From positions 1-64,000 of the IMG/VR virus record IMGVR_UViG_3300023110_001773: a stretch of DNA of 64,000 nucleotides, one strand, 5' to 3'. Source of the stretch: a virus. The notes beneath the pieces were generated by a model. It was given only the letters and a program-made list of their open reading frames with translations, was not told the DNA's origin and ran no database searches. The position numbers were made by a program, and so were the translations under genes. Shown here piece after piece: positions 19,354 through 29,331 of the stretch. Position 1 is the first letter of the stretch. Every line of letters begins with the position of its first letter.

Positions 19354-20172
19354 TTAAATTTCCCTTAACCATCTCGTTGTTAGGTCTTGCTGAAAGTGCA
19401 AGCCTGGATGCATCAAATCTCTTGATGCCGCAAATTTTTCATTCTCGTTGTTTTTCCAAGCATTCATACCAATATGATGCCTTTCAACAGCAGATATGGT
19501 TCTCAATTCTATGTTGTGTTGGTGACACAGTTCACTGATTGCCATTAGGTTCTTCTGTCTTGATATATATCTCTCTACTTTATCGGCAGCTAAATCTTGT
19601 TTCCAAGATTCTGGTGACCAAAATCCAATGGGTTCAGCATTTTCATTGGTGAACACTTCCCTTCCTAATTGGCTGTTCTCCAAAAGTAAAACCATTTTGG
19701 GTTTTATAATCGGGAGCCAAGAATATAGAGCTCTAAAAGTGACATCCATTGGTGCAGTTGGCAGTCCCAAATTCCACACTTTTGTTTTAGTTTCCCACTC
19801 CAACATGGAAGGCCATATTTGAGTTTCGTGTAAACCAGTGCCAAACGTAAAACACTCTCCAGTTGCTACAATACTGTTTGGAGATTCATAAAACTCTTCA
19901 TCACGAAATCCGTAACTATTCAGATCATAATTAATGGTTGTTCCCAACCACCCATATTTTTCTAGTTCGTTTTTTCGTTTTTCAAAGTTTTTATTGTACT
20001 CTTCCTCACTGTCAGTAGAAACCCAGTTCAATGTAATCGGACTTTTTCGATTATATGATTGGGGGTTGTGATATTTTATTTTATCTTCTACTCGACTAAT
20101 GGTATCCTGATTATCCTCAGTAGATTTAAAAATTCTTTCAAAAGCTTTGTACCGAAAAAATTTTCTACTCAT
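19354..20172 (-). CDS. SGNH/GDSL-like family protein
   Basis: NSYGFRD, TGECFTFGTG, WNLG, SRDLMHPG. Confidence 0.6.
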   Translation of the reverse strand: MSRKFFRYKAFERIFKSTEDNQDTISRVEDKIKYHNPQSYNRKSPITLNWVSTDSEEEYNKNFEKRKNELEKYGWLGTTINYDLNSYGFRDEEFYESPNSIVATGECFTFGTGLHETQIWPSMLEWETKTKVWNLGLPTAPMDVTFRALYSWLPIIKPKMVLLLENSQLGREVFTNENAEPIGFWSPESWKQDLAADKVERYISRQKNLMAISELCHQHNIELRTISAVERHHIGMNAWKNNENEKFAASRDLMHPGLHFQQDLTTRWLREI

Positions 20173-20851
20173 TTAGTGCCTCAACCACTTCTGGAAAATG
20201 AAGACCAATAATATCCCAACACTTATCAGCAACATCCATGTGTTCTTTCTGTGTTCCGTTTGCACGGCGGAGTTCACAGTAATGAATCCAAGATCGCAGT
20301 GAACCCGCCATATAGAGTGTTGTTTCAGTAAGACCCTCGGGCAAAACTGCCCTAGCCTGTTCCTTTGCAATACCCTGATTCAGAGCCCACTGATAAACTT
20401 CTTTGATCTTGTTCACCAATTCATGTTGTTTCATATTCCAAGCTTCTGCCATTCGTTGTTCTGGGGTTGATTCCCCGTGTTTGGTCAGAGTCTTTTCAAT
20501 CGGAATACTATTCTGCCTGTTCTTGGGGTCTTGCAATCTTGCTGGACGAGTTATAAAACTCTCGCTCACGGCATACCTTTGACTAAATTCTTGAAAACTA
20601 AAACTTCTATGTCTCAAGATTTGTCGTGCAATATCACGGGTAGTTTTGATTTCCATAGTAATGTGTACCATTTCAAATGGAGACCAGTGATTGTTTTTTG
20701 CAAGGTATCTCAACAATCTAGGAGCAGTTTCCTGATTGTTTTGATTTTCTGGATTACTTACTCGTGCAACATAGGAAACCAATTGTCCTGCTGTTTCACA
20801 TCCAGTAATTGCAGAAGGTTTAGAGAGACTGACTAGACTCACATGCGACAT
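20165..20851 (-). CDS. thyX: flavin-dependent thymidylate synthase
   Basis: HWSPFE, RQILRHRSFSFQEFSQRY, ARAVLP, TQKEH. Confidence 0.97.
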   Translation of the reverse strand: MSHVSLVSLSKPSAITGCETAGQLVSYVARVSNPENQNNQETAPRLLRYLAKNNHWSPFEMVHITMEIKTTRDIARQILRHRSFSFQEFSQRYAVSESFITRPARLQDPKNRQNSIPIEKTLTKHGESTPEQRMAEAWNMKQHELVNKIKEVYQWALNQGIAKEQARAVLPEGLTETTLYMAGSLRSWIHYCELRRANGTQKEHMDVADKCWDIIGLHFPEVVEALNE

Positions 20852-20868
20852 AATATACTATCCTTGAC

Positions 20869-21225
20869 TTAGTTTTTAGACTTGGGTGCAGCCTTCTTTT
20901 TGGGTGCGGTCTTTTTCTTGGCGCCTGGTTTGCGACCACGGCGAGGTTTACCTTTAGCAGCGTCAACCACATCACCCGCCTGATCTACAACAGCAGCTGC
21001 GGCATCTTTAACGTCTGCGAGTTCTTCCTTGACTCGATCAACACGATTTGCAACTTCTGCTTTTACTTCAGCAACAGTTTCCTTGGCTTCTGCAACGACA
21101 TCATCAACCTTGTTTTTGACATCCGTTCCATCAACCTTCCCATCTTGGTTGTAGTCGAAACCCATCCACCAAGCTTTTACTTTATTCCAAAACTCTTTCA
21201 TGTTATCTCCTAACACTTTTTCCAT
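20869..21225 (-). CDS. hypothetical protein with EF-hand-like loop, amphipathic repeats and Lys/Ala tail
   Basis: DYNQDGKVD; AKETVAEVKAEV repeats; KKKTAPKKKAAPK. Confidence 0.7.
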   Translation of the reverse strand: MEKVLGDNMKEFWNKVKAWWMGFDYNQDGKVDGTDVKNKVDDVVAEAKETVAEVKAEVANRVDRVKEELADVKDAAAAVVDQAGDVVDAAKGKPRRGRKPGAKKKTAPKKKAAPKSKN

Positions 21226-22247
21226 TGATTGAATTTAAATTTGGCAGACAGTCCACGGTGAGTATTGTTGTTCACTATTTCCTGTACGTCCAAACCATCT
21301 CTTGCCATATCATTTATATCTTTTTGAGATATACTTTCTGGCCAAATTACAATATTGTAATTTTGATCTACATATTTTTCGATCAATTTACAAACTTCCT
21401 TGTTTTTCGGTTGGTTATCAAACACAATCCGAATCTTTTCGGGATCAAATCCAAAATCCCCAATCTTGCCAAATGAAGTACCAGCACAAGCAATACAGTT
21501 ATCTAAAAATAGAGAATCCAACGGGCCTTCAACAACCGTGATCATTTTATCCTCACAAACTTGTTCTAAACCGAATACAGTTGGAGCTTCTTCTCTTACT
21601 TTGACTAGGATATATCTTAACGTTTCGCCACGCATGGCACGCAAAGACACAGCAGTGAGTCTGCCGTGTCTGTCAAAGAACGGTATTGCTAATCTTGGTT
21701 CCTCCGTGACGATACTCGCCGCATATTTGTCATTAAGTTGTACGATATTTTTTATGTTGTCAATGAAGTAAAGTCTGTCCCATGCAGTTTTTGGAATTGA
21801 CCTACTTTCAACATACTCGACAACCTCATGATCATATGGAAGAGTACTCACCCTGTCCATTATATTATCTATAAGATTTACAACCTTTGGCTCTGGTGGT
21901 TCGGCAGCAGTATCAAAGAGTTTGTGTCCGTTTGGTGTCCAGTTTGATCCAGATGGTTGCCACTGTTTTTTCTCGCCTTCCGTATATTTTTCAAGACAGT
22001 ATTCTTTGTAGGACACTGGATCAAGTTGTTTCAACACGTTACCAAAGGATGCGCCATATCCACACTTGTGGCACTTATAGATCATGTTGTTTTCTTTACG
22101 AAAGAAGTATCCACGCATCTTATTTAGTTTGCGCTTGGAATCCCCACAAAAAGGACACCTCACATTAAAGAGATAATCATTCTTGCGCTTGAATTTCTCA
22201 AAACGATGAGAGATATAGTTTAAGTATTTGACATCAACGTATAACAT
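21210..22247 (-). CDS. 61: DNA primase (T4 gp61)
   Basis: RCPFCGDS, CHKCG, VEGPLDSLF, VFDNQP, KDINDM. Confidence 0.95.
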   Translation of the reverse strand: MLYVDVKYLNYISHRFEKFKRKNDYLFNVRCPFCGDSKRKLNKMRGYFFRKENNMIYKCHKCGYGASFGNVLKQLDPVSYKEYCLEKYTEGEKKQWQPSGSNWTPNGHKLFDTAAEPPEPKVVNLIDNIMDRVSTLPYDHEVVEYVESRSIPKTAWDRLYFIDNIKNIVQLNDKYAASIVTEEPRLAIPFFDRHGRLTAVSLRAMRGETLRYILVKVREEAPTVFGLEQVCEDKMITVVEGPLDSLFLDNCIACAGTSFGKIGDFGFDPEKIRIVFDNQPKNKEVCKLIEKYVDQNYNIVIWPESISQKDINDMARDGLDVQEIVNNNTHRGLSAKFKFNQWKKC

Positions 22248-22253
22248 AGGAGT

Positions 22254-22282
22254 ATACTACTACAGATAGAGTCAAATGTCAA
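22254..22282 (-). promoter_or_regulatory. sigma70-type promoter (primase; probably leaderless)
   Basis: TTGACA-N17-TAGTAT, 6 nt before ATG. Confidence 0.7.
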
Positions 22283-23211
22283 TAGGATAAGAAACGTTTT
22301 CCTAATTTTTTAGATATTTCTAAATGCTCTAGATATGCTGGAAATTCTGGCACTTCAGAAGGAAGTTCGATGGTGTCTAATAATTTAAAACAAAGTCTTT
22401 GATTTTGTTTTCTAATAGTAAGGGTTTCTTTGTGTATTTTCTCCATACCAACTTCTTCCCTGAGTCTTTTTAGTTCCATCACCAAAGCACGAGCTCTTAG
22501 ATATGGATTTGGTTCGTTGTCATAGGAATAATCAACGATATTGAGTGGAAAACGAAATCCCCATTCCATAAGGGGTTTCATCATAAAGCAATTTCCAAAG
22601 ATCATTGGGAGGCGCATTCCAAGAAAAGGTTTCCAAGTCTTCTCCGTGTAGAATGTGTGGTCTTCGTGCGTCTCTACCACCAAGTCAATTAGACAAAGAT
22701 CATACCAAGGCGGAAACCTGTGAGTTTTTTGTTGATTTGAACCAGACCAAACAACTCTTCCTACGTCTTGCCGAATAGGTTCAACGACATCTCTGTAAAT
22801 ACCCTTTCCAGCAAAGGTCAAGTATTGACTTACACATTTGTTCCACAACAAAAGATCGAAAATCATTTCTCGGTGGGGTCTTAGTTGACCCAACATGCAT
22901 GTGTAGAATTGAGCGGGGGGTCTTGTGGTTTGCCAGTATCTTTTGGGGTCGGTTGCGTCATTGTCCCACACCATGCGAATAGTATCGACTAGCCAAAACC
23001 AAGGATAAATTATTTTTTGGTGATTTGGTTTTAAATTTTGCGGTGGATCAAGACATCCAGTAACTTCTATATAGGATTTTGCTTGTAATTTAGAATAGTC
23101 GTAGTCTGGTCTTATTTCTGCTTCATTTGCGTTATAATAAAGAATATCTTCTTCTGCGTAATTTCCGTCCAGAAGCTTTTGTATTTTTTCGTTACTATCA
23201 AGTAGAATCAT
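22279..23211 (-). CDS. 'TEKTWKP' family protein, putative GT-B glycosyltransferase-like
   Basis: RPHRE, LVVETH..FYTEKTWKP, WGF..VDYSYD. Confidence 0.55.
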   Translation of the reverse strand: MILLDSNEKIQKLLDGNYAEEDILYYNANEAEIRPDYDYSKLQAKSYIEVTGCLDPPQNLKPNHQKIIYPWFWLVDTIRMVWDNDATDPKRYWQTTRPPAQFYTCMLGQLRPHREMIFDLLLWNKCVSQYLTFAGKGIYRDVVEPIRQDVGRVVWSGSNQQKTHRFPPWYDLCLIDLVVETHEDHTFYTEKTWKPFLGMRLPMIFGNCFMMKPLMEWGFRFPLNIVDYSYDNEPNPYLRARALVMELKRLREEVGMEKIHKETLTIRKQNQRLCFKLLDTIELPSEVPEFPAYLEHLEISKKLGKRFLSY

Positions 23212-23243
23212 TACAAAATAATATCACTAGGGGAGGGGATTTG

Positions 23244-23705
23244 TCAAGATAAAAATCCAGATAAAAATTGGGAATTCCCAATTATAAATCCAAGAGTGGC
23301 AGCTGCGCCCATAATTAACCATTGGCGTCTCTCAATGTGCCTAATGCGATCCTCTTCTTTCGCCTGATGTCTGTTCATATCAGAACGCAAATCATTGATT
23401 GCGGTCATAATACTTTTCGTCTCATCCTTCATTTCATCCGCTAGTTCTCTCTGAACAGTAGAAATGCGAGAATGCAGTTGTTCATATCTTTGATCAAACA
23501 TGGAAAACTGTTGCTCCAATTCTACTTCTGTGGCGTTTAGTCTTGTTTCATGGGAGGACAAAACTTCACGGATGGACACGTTTAGTTCGGTGATTTTCTC
23601 AATAGATAAATCTAGTCTACTAAAGAATCCGTCCAGTTTGTGCATTTCGGATTCCAGTACAGCTATTCTTGAATCATTTGTTTTTGCTGGTTGTCTAGTT
23701 GACAT
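23244..23705 (-). CDS. coiled-coil protein with C-terminal TM
   Basis: heptads plus WLIMGAAATLGFII. Confidence 0.7.
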   Translation of the reverse strand: MSTRQPAKTNDSRIAVLESEMHKLDGFFSRLDLSIEKITELNVSIREVLSSHETRLNATEVELEQQFSMFDQRYEQLHSRISTVQRELADEMKDETKSIMTAINDLRSDMNRHQAKEEDRIRHIERRQWLIMGAAATLGFIIGNSQFLSGFLS

Positions 23706-24240
23706 TGAGATGCCTCTTCTTCTTTTTTCTACGTTGAAGAGGCATTAGAGATGGATTGCGGCCTGGTTCGCCCTGAGCGTCTGTTCCTAATCCGGCGATG
23801 TTTCCACCTACCATAGGCCCAGCAGCGTTGGCTATTTCCTCTCCCATTGCAAAATATCTAAATGGGAGTTTTCCCGATTCTAATATTTTTGCCTCGCTGA
23901 TAATGTTTTCATCTTGAGAATACATATCAATTAAAATATCAAAGTCTTCTTCTGACATTTCATCTACATCACTCTGTTCTCTCAAAATAGCGATGGCAGC
24001 AGCAAATGTCAACAGTCTCTTTGCATTTCTATCTGGAGATTTCATCAATGATCTTTTAATTTTGAAGGCTAATCTATCGAGCATTGTATAAGAATCTAGT
24101 TCGGATGAAGTACTAGGTTCTTTGATCTTGTTACCGTCTTTATCAACAATACCTTGAATATATGCTGGGTGCTGAGTAATAGGTTGAGAAAACATTCTCA
24201 ATATTCTGTAAGCAATTAGCGTGTCTACTACTCTTGACAT
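23695..24240 (-). CDS. conserved T4-like hypothetical (probable virion) protein
   Basis: YRILRM..AY..GIVDKDG; EE|IANAAG..IAGLG. Confidence 0.7.
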   Translation of the reverse strand: MSRVVDTLIAYRILRMFSQPITQHPAYIQGIVDKDGNKIKEPSTSSELDSYTMLDRLAFKIKRSLMKSPDRNAKRLLTFAAAIAILREQSDVDEMSEEDFDILIDMYSQDENIISEAKILESGKLPFRYFAMGEEIANAAGPMVGGNIAGLGTDAQGEPGRNPSLMPLQRRKKKKRHLNVN

Positions 24241-24617
24241 TAAATATTCCTAAGTATGTTTATAACATGAAAGTCGAGTGGTATCTCATCACCCCTTACT
24301 CCACCACTAACTATTGATTCTATAGGCATTCTATTAATGAATACTAAAAAAGTTTTTAAAATTGGCCAATGTTTTTTATCAATCTTAAAAAACAATAGTG
24401 GTGTCGCAGCACCGTCAAGGACATTATACAACACAATTAAGTGATTCAAAATTAATCTATCGTTCAGTACTCCAGTTCTTTCATACCTTCTGAACAATCT
24501 CTTCAAATATTTAAATCTTTTTATGTCTTCTTCAAAATCTTCCATGCCAGAACATTCTGGACTATTGTAGTGTTTTAAAGCATAAACAAGATAATTATCT
24601 TCACTCAATTCTACCAT
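24240..24617 (-). CDS. conserved T4-like hypothetical protein
   Basis: HYNSPEC..DIKRFKYLKRL..RLILNHLIVLYNV. Confidence 0.8.
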   Translation of the reverse strand: MVELSEDNYLVYALKHYNSPECSGMEDFEEDIKRFKYLKRLFRRYERTGVLNDRLILNHLIVLYNVLDGAATPLLFFKIDKKHWPILKTFLVFINRMPIESIVSGGVRGDEIPLDFHVINILRNI

Positions 24618-24632
24618 ATTATTATTCTTATC

Positions 24633-25076
24633 TTATGTTACTACAGCCGTTCCCCCAATCATCCACCATTTTGACCCTGCAAAAATTAGAGTAGCAGTAT
24701 CACCAACATTAGAGAAGGTGATGGTGTCATGACCAAGATCACTGTCATCCAATATCATATTAATCTGACTAGAATTGGATGTCATTATAATTATTTTCAT
24801 TTGTCCTTCTACACCAGCGGACATTGTGAGTGTTCCGCTTGCGCCTGGACTATTGATAAGATGTACGTTGACAAGGTTAGACAACGCACCTGCACCAGTA
24901 ATTGTTTCATGATCGCCAATAGAAACTTTATCGGCAAAAACAGTAGGTGTCGGAACCTGACCAAAAACATTGGCAACAGTTACCTTTTTGCTATCCGAAC
25001 TCTGAACCACATAAAGTGTGTCATCAGCGGCTACAGAAGTAGCCGCATTTAGTTCTGAAAGTTTTGCATCAGCCAT
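24633..25076 (-). CDS. putative virion structural protein
   Basis: MADAKLSEL..DTLYVVQ..KKVTV N-terminal motif, beta-rich. Confidence 0.6.
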   Translation of the reverse strand: MADAKLSELNAATSVAADDTLYVVQSSDSKKVTVANVFGQVPTPTVFADKVSIGDHETITGAGALSNLVNVHLINSPGASGTLTMSAGVEGQMKIIIMTSNSSQINMILDDSDLGHDTITFSNVGDTATLIFAGSKWWMIGGTAVVT

Positions 25077-25103
25077 GAAATACTCCTAATCTAAAAGTAT
25101 TTA

Positions 25104-25505
25104 TTAGGAGTCTGGGAACTCGTCATCGTCATCATCGGCAGTTGCAACAGCAGTACCAGTTCCTACGCCAGCACCAGTAGCGGTGAAGACTGTGCCTGGG
25201 TTAGAGTCTGTGGCGCCAACCAATGTGAAGTCGGTGTCACCTGTAGTAAGAATTTTGTACTCTGTACCATTAACAAGTGCTGTAGCAACAACACCAACTG
25301 CGGCTTCGTATTCAGCATCAGTAGCGGCATCTGCCATTGCAACAAGAGTTTCATAGACAACTCTAGAACCCTGTACTTTACGGCGAACCCAACCAGGCTG
25401 TGCGATGCCTGGGGTTGCGGCAACTTCTGCTTCGTCAACCATGAAGATTTCTGAAGCAGGAATACCCGTAACTACGGGTTTTGTGGACTTAGACCAAGCG
25501 GACAT
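25104..25505 (-). CDS. putative virion structural protein
   Basis: late promoter upstream; PGWV..ETLVAM; YKILTTGDTDFT..GA module. Confidence 0.6.
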   Translation of the reverse strand: MSAWSKSTKPVVTGIPASEIFMVDEAEVAATPGIAQPGWVRRKVQGSRVVYETLVAMADAATDAEYEAAVGVVATALVNGTEYKILTTGDTDFTLVGATDSNPGTVFTATGAGVGTGTAVATADDDDDEFPDS

Positions 25506-25536
25506 TGTTATTCTCCTTTAGAGGTTTTTGTTTTGA

Positions 25537-25544
25537 TATTTATA
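25537..25544 (-). promoter_or_regulatory. T4-type late promoter
   Basis: TATAAATA. Confidence 0.75.
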
Positions 25545-27660
25545 CATGCTTCATAAAGTGATCGTGACTCTTATGGGCAGACGTTTGCATCTTATGTTTG
25601 TCAGCAGGTTTACTGTTCATATACTTGTTCAAAAATTTGGCAGCATGGCCCTTGCTGATCTTGTGCGTCTTCCCATCTTGAAACTGAACCTCTTTACCAA
25701 CAGTAATTGCTTTTCGCATCTGAGGTACAATGTGTTCGATTTCTTTTGCATTAGATGCGTCACTGACTTTTGCGGGTTTAGAGTCTTTCTTGGTAGGAGC
25801 AAGACCTTTCTTGTCATCCGCATCGTAATCTCTTTTTGCCTGAGCAAAAGCCCTGTTAGCAGCGCTCTCTTCAATCTCTTCGTTGGCAATGGCACCTTTG
25901 ATCTCTTTGCTAGTTGCACCAGCCTTCCAAGCAGAGTTTGCAAGTTTAGTGTCTTTTGGATTTTTTCTAAGTTTGTCGAGAAGTTCTTTGCGAGTACCAC
26001 CCTGTGAAGGTGCGTTGATACCAGCGATTGCAACTTCACTGATACCCTTCTTCGCCTTGAGTCTATCCTTTGCAGCAGCGGCATCTTTGTTAGAAATACG
26101 GAAACCACCCGTGTCATGTGATTCCTTATCCTTTGACATCTTGCCAGACTTAGCGTAAGAGTTCTTCATGGTGTAGTTTTCGTTCTTCGCCTTGTGTGCG
26201 TCATCTACACTGTTGAAAAACTTCTTCTTCTCTTCGTCAGACATTGATGCAAGAGACTTGCCAGTTTTCTTCAACATGGCCTGAAACTTTTCTTTGTAGG
26301 ACATTTCTGCGATTTCATCAACAGAATCTTCTTGAGACTCTTCGTTCTGTTTCTGCAATTCTTTCCTAACACGAGGATGATCAGAGAGACCTTTCTTGAC
26401 CTTTTCCATCGCCTTAGATGCACCTGTCATGTTTCCACCAGCATATCTCTTATCACGAGCAATACCCACGCCCATCTTAATATCTTTTGCAGTCATACCC
26501 TCTTCAATTTCGACTTCTTCCTTGATGCCTGGGTCTGTTTCCTTCTCGGTCTTTGCAACTTTACGAGAAAGTCTCTCAGCAGCCTTCTTGGCACGTTGGC
26601 GAGAATCTTCTGCATCGGCGGCAGGGTTCTTAGTTCTATACTCGTCTAATTTTGCCTTCTTAGCTGCAGCAAAGGGGTTGTTCGTGTTCACAGTAGTTTC
26701 CTCTTCGGTCTCTTCTTTGGAGAGTTTAGCGGCAATTGCCATCTCTCTTCTTTTTTCTTTTGACTTACCTTTAAACTGAGGGGCATCAGACTTTTGGAAG
26801 TCTTTGATAACTTCACCCATGTCCATGTCTTCGATCTTTTCGTCAAGTTCTGTTTCTTCGTTTGTGGGTTTTACTCTTTTGAATTTGCGTTCCCACACAC
26901 TATGGTCTTTTCCAGTTTGTTCACCCGCCTGTTTAAGAGTCCACCCTATGCCTGGGGGTCTTTTGCCAACTGGATGTTTAATGCGTTCTGTTTCTAACTT
27001 TTCGTCAAGTTCGACTTCTTCTTTCTTTAGTTTTTTCATCCTTTCACGATGCTTGTCGAAAACAGCTTGTTTTTCCTTTTCACTGGACTGCGGTTTCTTT
27101 CTTGCATCATACTGTCCAGTGTCAACTTCTTCACTGACAGTCTTCCAACTACCACCGGCCTTTTTATACATCTTGGCGGCCCAACCATTGGCGTAAGCAG
27201 AAGGGTAGACATCAAACTTTGATTTTGCCTGCGACTTATACTTAGACCACAATTTTGGGTTTGTTGGGACATTCTTCTCTTCAAGAGTTTCAATGTCCAA
27301 CAAAAATGTTTCCCATTCATTCAGTTCTACATCATCACTTTCATCGGCCGAGTTGATCTCACTCTCTTCGGTCTGATAGCGATTCTTTTGGGTGTGTTGT
27401 CTTGCCCGTTGAAATACCGTATCGTCACCAAGAACGATATACATCATAGAATTCAACAGAGTGTTTACTGCATCTCTTTCCTGTGGCGTTCCAACTTTTC
27501 CCATTTGTAGTTTTTCTAAACCACGTTTTAGGATGGGAAGTTTGCCTGTTGACATCAAACCCTGTCTGACCAACATATCAAGTCTTCTTGACATATCTGC
27601 TTCCAATAGGTCTGTCTGTCCAGAAGCAAGAATATCCCTGATATTTCTTTCAACTGGCAT
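25540..27660 (-). CDS. large putative internal head (poly)protein
   Basis: basic modules separated by acidic (L/I/V)xE linkers; YPSAYAN module; late promoter. Confidence 0.65.
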   Translation of the reverse strand: MPVERNIRDILASGQTDLLEADMSRRLDMLVRQGLMSTGKLPILKRGLEKLQMGKVGTPQERDAVNTLLNSMMYIVLGDDTVFQRARQHTQKNRYQTEESEINSADESDDVELNEWETFLLDIETLEEKNVPTNPKLWSKYKSQAKSKFDVYPSAYANGWAAKMYKKAGGSWKTVSEEVDTGQYDARKKPQSSEKEKQAVFDKHRERMKKLKKEEVELDEKLETERIKHPVGKRPPGIGWTLKQAGEQTGKDHSVWERKFKRVKPTNEETELDEKIEDMDMGEVIKDFQKSDAPQFKGKSKEKRREMAIAAKLSKEETEEETTVNTNNPFAAAKKAKLDEYRTKNPAADAEDSRQRAKKAAERLSRKVAKTEKETDPGIKEEVEIEEGMTAKDIKMGVGIARDKRYAGGNMTGASKAMEKVKKGLSDHPRVRKELQKQNEESQEDSVDEIAEMSYKEKFQAMLKKTGKSLASMSDEEKKKFFNSVDDAHKAKNENYTMKNSYAKSGKMSKDKESHDTGGFRISNKDAAAAKDRLKAKKGISEVAIAGINAPSQGGTRKELLDKLRKNPKDTKLANSAWKAGATSKEIKGAIANEEIEESAANRAFAQAKRDYDADDKKGLAPTKKDSKPAKVSDASNAKEIEHIVPQMRKAITVGKEVQFQDGKTHKISKGHAAKFLNKYMNSKPADKHKMQTSAHKSHDHFMKHV

Positions 27661-27695
27661 GTAAATTCTCCAAAATAATATTTAATGTTTCAATA

Positions 27696-27703
27696 TATTT
27701 ATA
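27696..27703 (-). promoter_or_regulatory. T4-type late promoter
   Basis: TATAAATA. Confidence 0.75.
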
Positions 27704-29309
27704 AAGATAACTTCTTCTGTTTGTACTCTTCTATAGAATCTTTGACCATTTCTCTGGGTGGATTCATCATACTAGGCAGTTCTCTAAATGTTTTGGTCAA
27801 CATATCATTCTTTGTAAATCCAACTCCCTGCCAATTTGACTGATTAAAGATAGGTACACCACGATCCCAGTATCTTTCGTGTCCAAATATTTCTTCCTGC
27901 ACGCCAATGAATGCTTCAATATAGTCAAAGTGTTCGTTTTTCCAGAGGTAACTACCCATTTGAAACTGTGGTGAGTTTACATCTGGAACCATTTTCTTAA
28001 TTCTCCACTTAAAATAGTCAGCAATATTTGGGTTGTTGTAAATATGATCCAGTCTATCCCCAACTGGTTTAATTTCTATTGGTTGCAAGGTTGTATATCC
28101 ATATTTATCCATATTGTTGGACATATCATTGGGTCTCGAAAACCCGCTATCCCTAATGATGTGTAGAGGAAACATTGATACTGCCTCACCATACCAATTT
28201 TCGTCAATCCATTTGAATGTTTTGTCCAGTGTTTCTCTGGTTTCGTGAGGTAGTCCCCAAATAAAACTCATTTCGCCACGATAAAAATCATTGTGTTTGA
28301 GGAAATATTTCTTTGCTTCTAATATACCAGGCAGGATTTTTTCTGGGTCTCCCCCTTTACCAATTGCTTTAGCAGATGCATGATTCGTAGATTCGATGCC
28401 ATACAAGTGACTGTTAAATCTCATCCTTGCCAGTTCTTCCAGATCACCTTCCCTCATGGTCATTAGATCAGCACGAACATATCCAGTGAAATTTGGTTTG
28501 AAGTCCAATGATTGAACAACATCACCGTACTTTCTTATTTTTTCAACATAATCATTGAATGTGTCATCTGTAATAATGTATTCTGTAAGACCCCACTTGT
28601 CGTAATTTTCTTTGATGTTTGTTTCAAAGTCTTCTTTGCTACGAGTGTAGTCTTCTTTAACCCCTAGAATCGGGAAGTTGCAATAAGAACACTTGAAACG
28701 GCAACCACGAGATGTCTCCATAGAAACAACTTCATAAGGTTTGATAAAATCTCTTTCCTCGTATTTGATGGAGAGTATTGGCCATGGCCATGCGTTGTAT
28801 TCTTTTGTTCTCCAACAATCAACATGTTTCACAACTGGCATATGTGGAAACATCTGAAGATCGACACACTTGGGGTTTCCTTCTAATACTGCTTTGATAC
28901 CAAGTTCTCCGTATCCAGAGACGTAGTAATCTATGTTTGGTATCTGTACAATAGACCACACATCTTGACTACCAGCGCATGTGGTGACATGTGGATAAGT
29001 TTCTTTGATGTGTTTGAACAATTCAAGAACTACTGGGGCGCTAAGAAAAAAGATTCCGCCAATACCAACAAGTCTGGTATCTGGCCCAATCCTACTTTTA
29101 CAAAGTTCTTTTAGTTCTTCAATTGTCCAAGAAAAGATAAAATCTACCACCTCAACATCAAGATCAAACTCATCTCTTATGTAGGTAGCAATTCTATATG
29201 TTCCAGAAGTTCTACTTCTGGTTTCATACACTGGTTCATCACCAAACTCTTTTACTGTATTTGCATATCCCGCCATTCCAGTAAAAAGTAACACATCAAC
29301 TTTTGACAT
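27699..29309 (-). CDS. radical SAM enzyme with B12-binding-like N-terminal domain
   Basis: ETSRGCRFKCSYC, DDTFN, GIES, GLPHET; N-terminal Rossmann-like segment ending GYGE. Confidence 0.85.
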   Translation of the reverse strand: MSKVDVLLFTGMAGYANTVKEFGDEPVYETRSRTSGTYRIATYIRDEFDLDVEVVDFIFSWTIEELKELCKSRIGPDTRLVGIGGIFFLSAPVVLELFKHIKETYPHVTTCAGSQDVWSIVQIPNIDYYVSGYGELGIKAVLEGNPKCVDLQMFPHMPVVKHVDCWRTKEYNAWPWPILSIKYEERDFIKPYEVVSMETSRGCRFKCSYCNFPILGVKEDYTRSKEDFETNIKENYDKWGLTEYIITDDTFNDYVEKIRKYGDVVQSLDFKPNFTGYVRADLMTMREGDLEELARMRFNSHLYGIESTNHASAKAIGKGGDPEKILPGILEAKKYFLKHNDFYRGEMSFIWGLPHETRETLDKTFKWIDENWYGEAVSMFPLHIIRDSGFSRPNDMSNNMDKYGYTTLQPIEIKPVGDRLDHIYNNPNIADYFKWRIKKMVPDVNSPQFQMGSYLWKNEHFDYIEAFIGVQEEIFGHERYWDRGVPIFNQSNWQGVGFTKNDMLTKTFRELPSMMNPPREMVKDSIEEYKQKKLSL

Positions 29310-29331
29310 TTTTTATCCATTCATAAAGATA

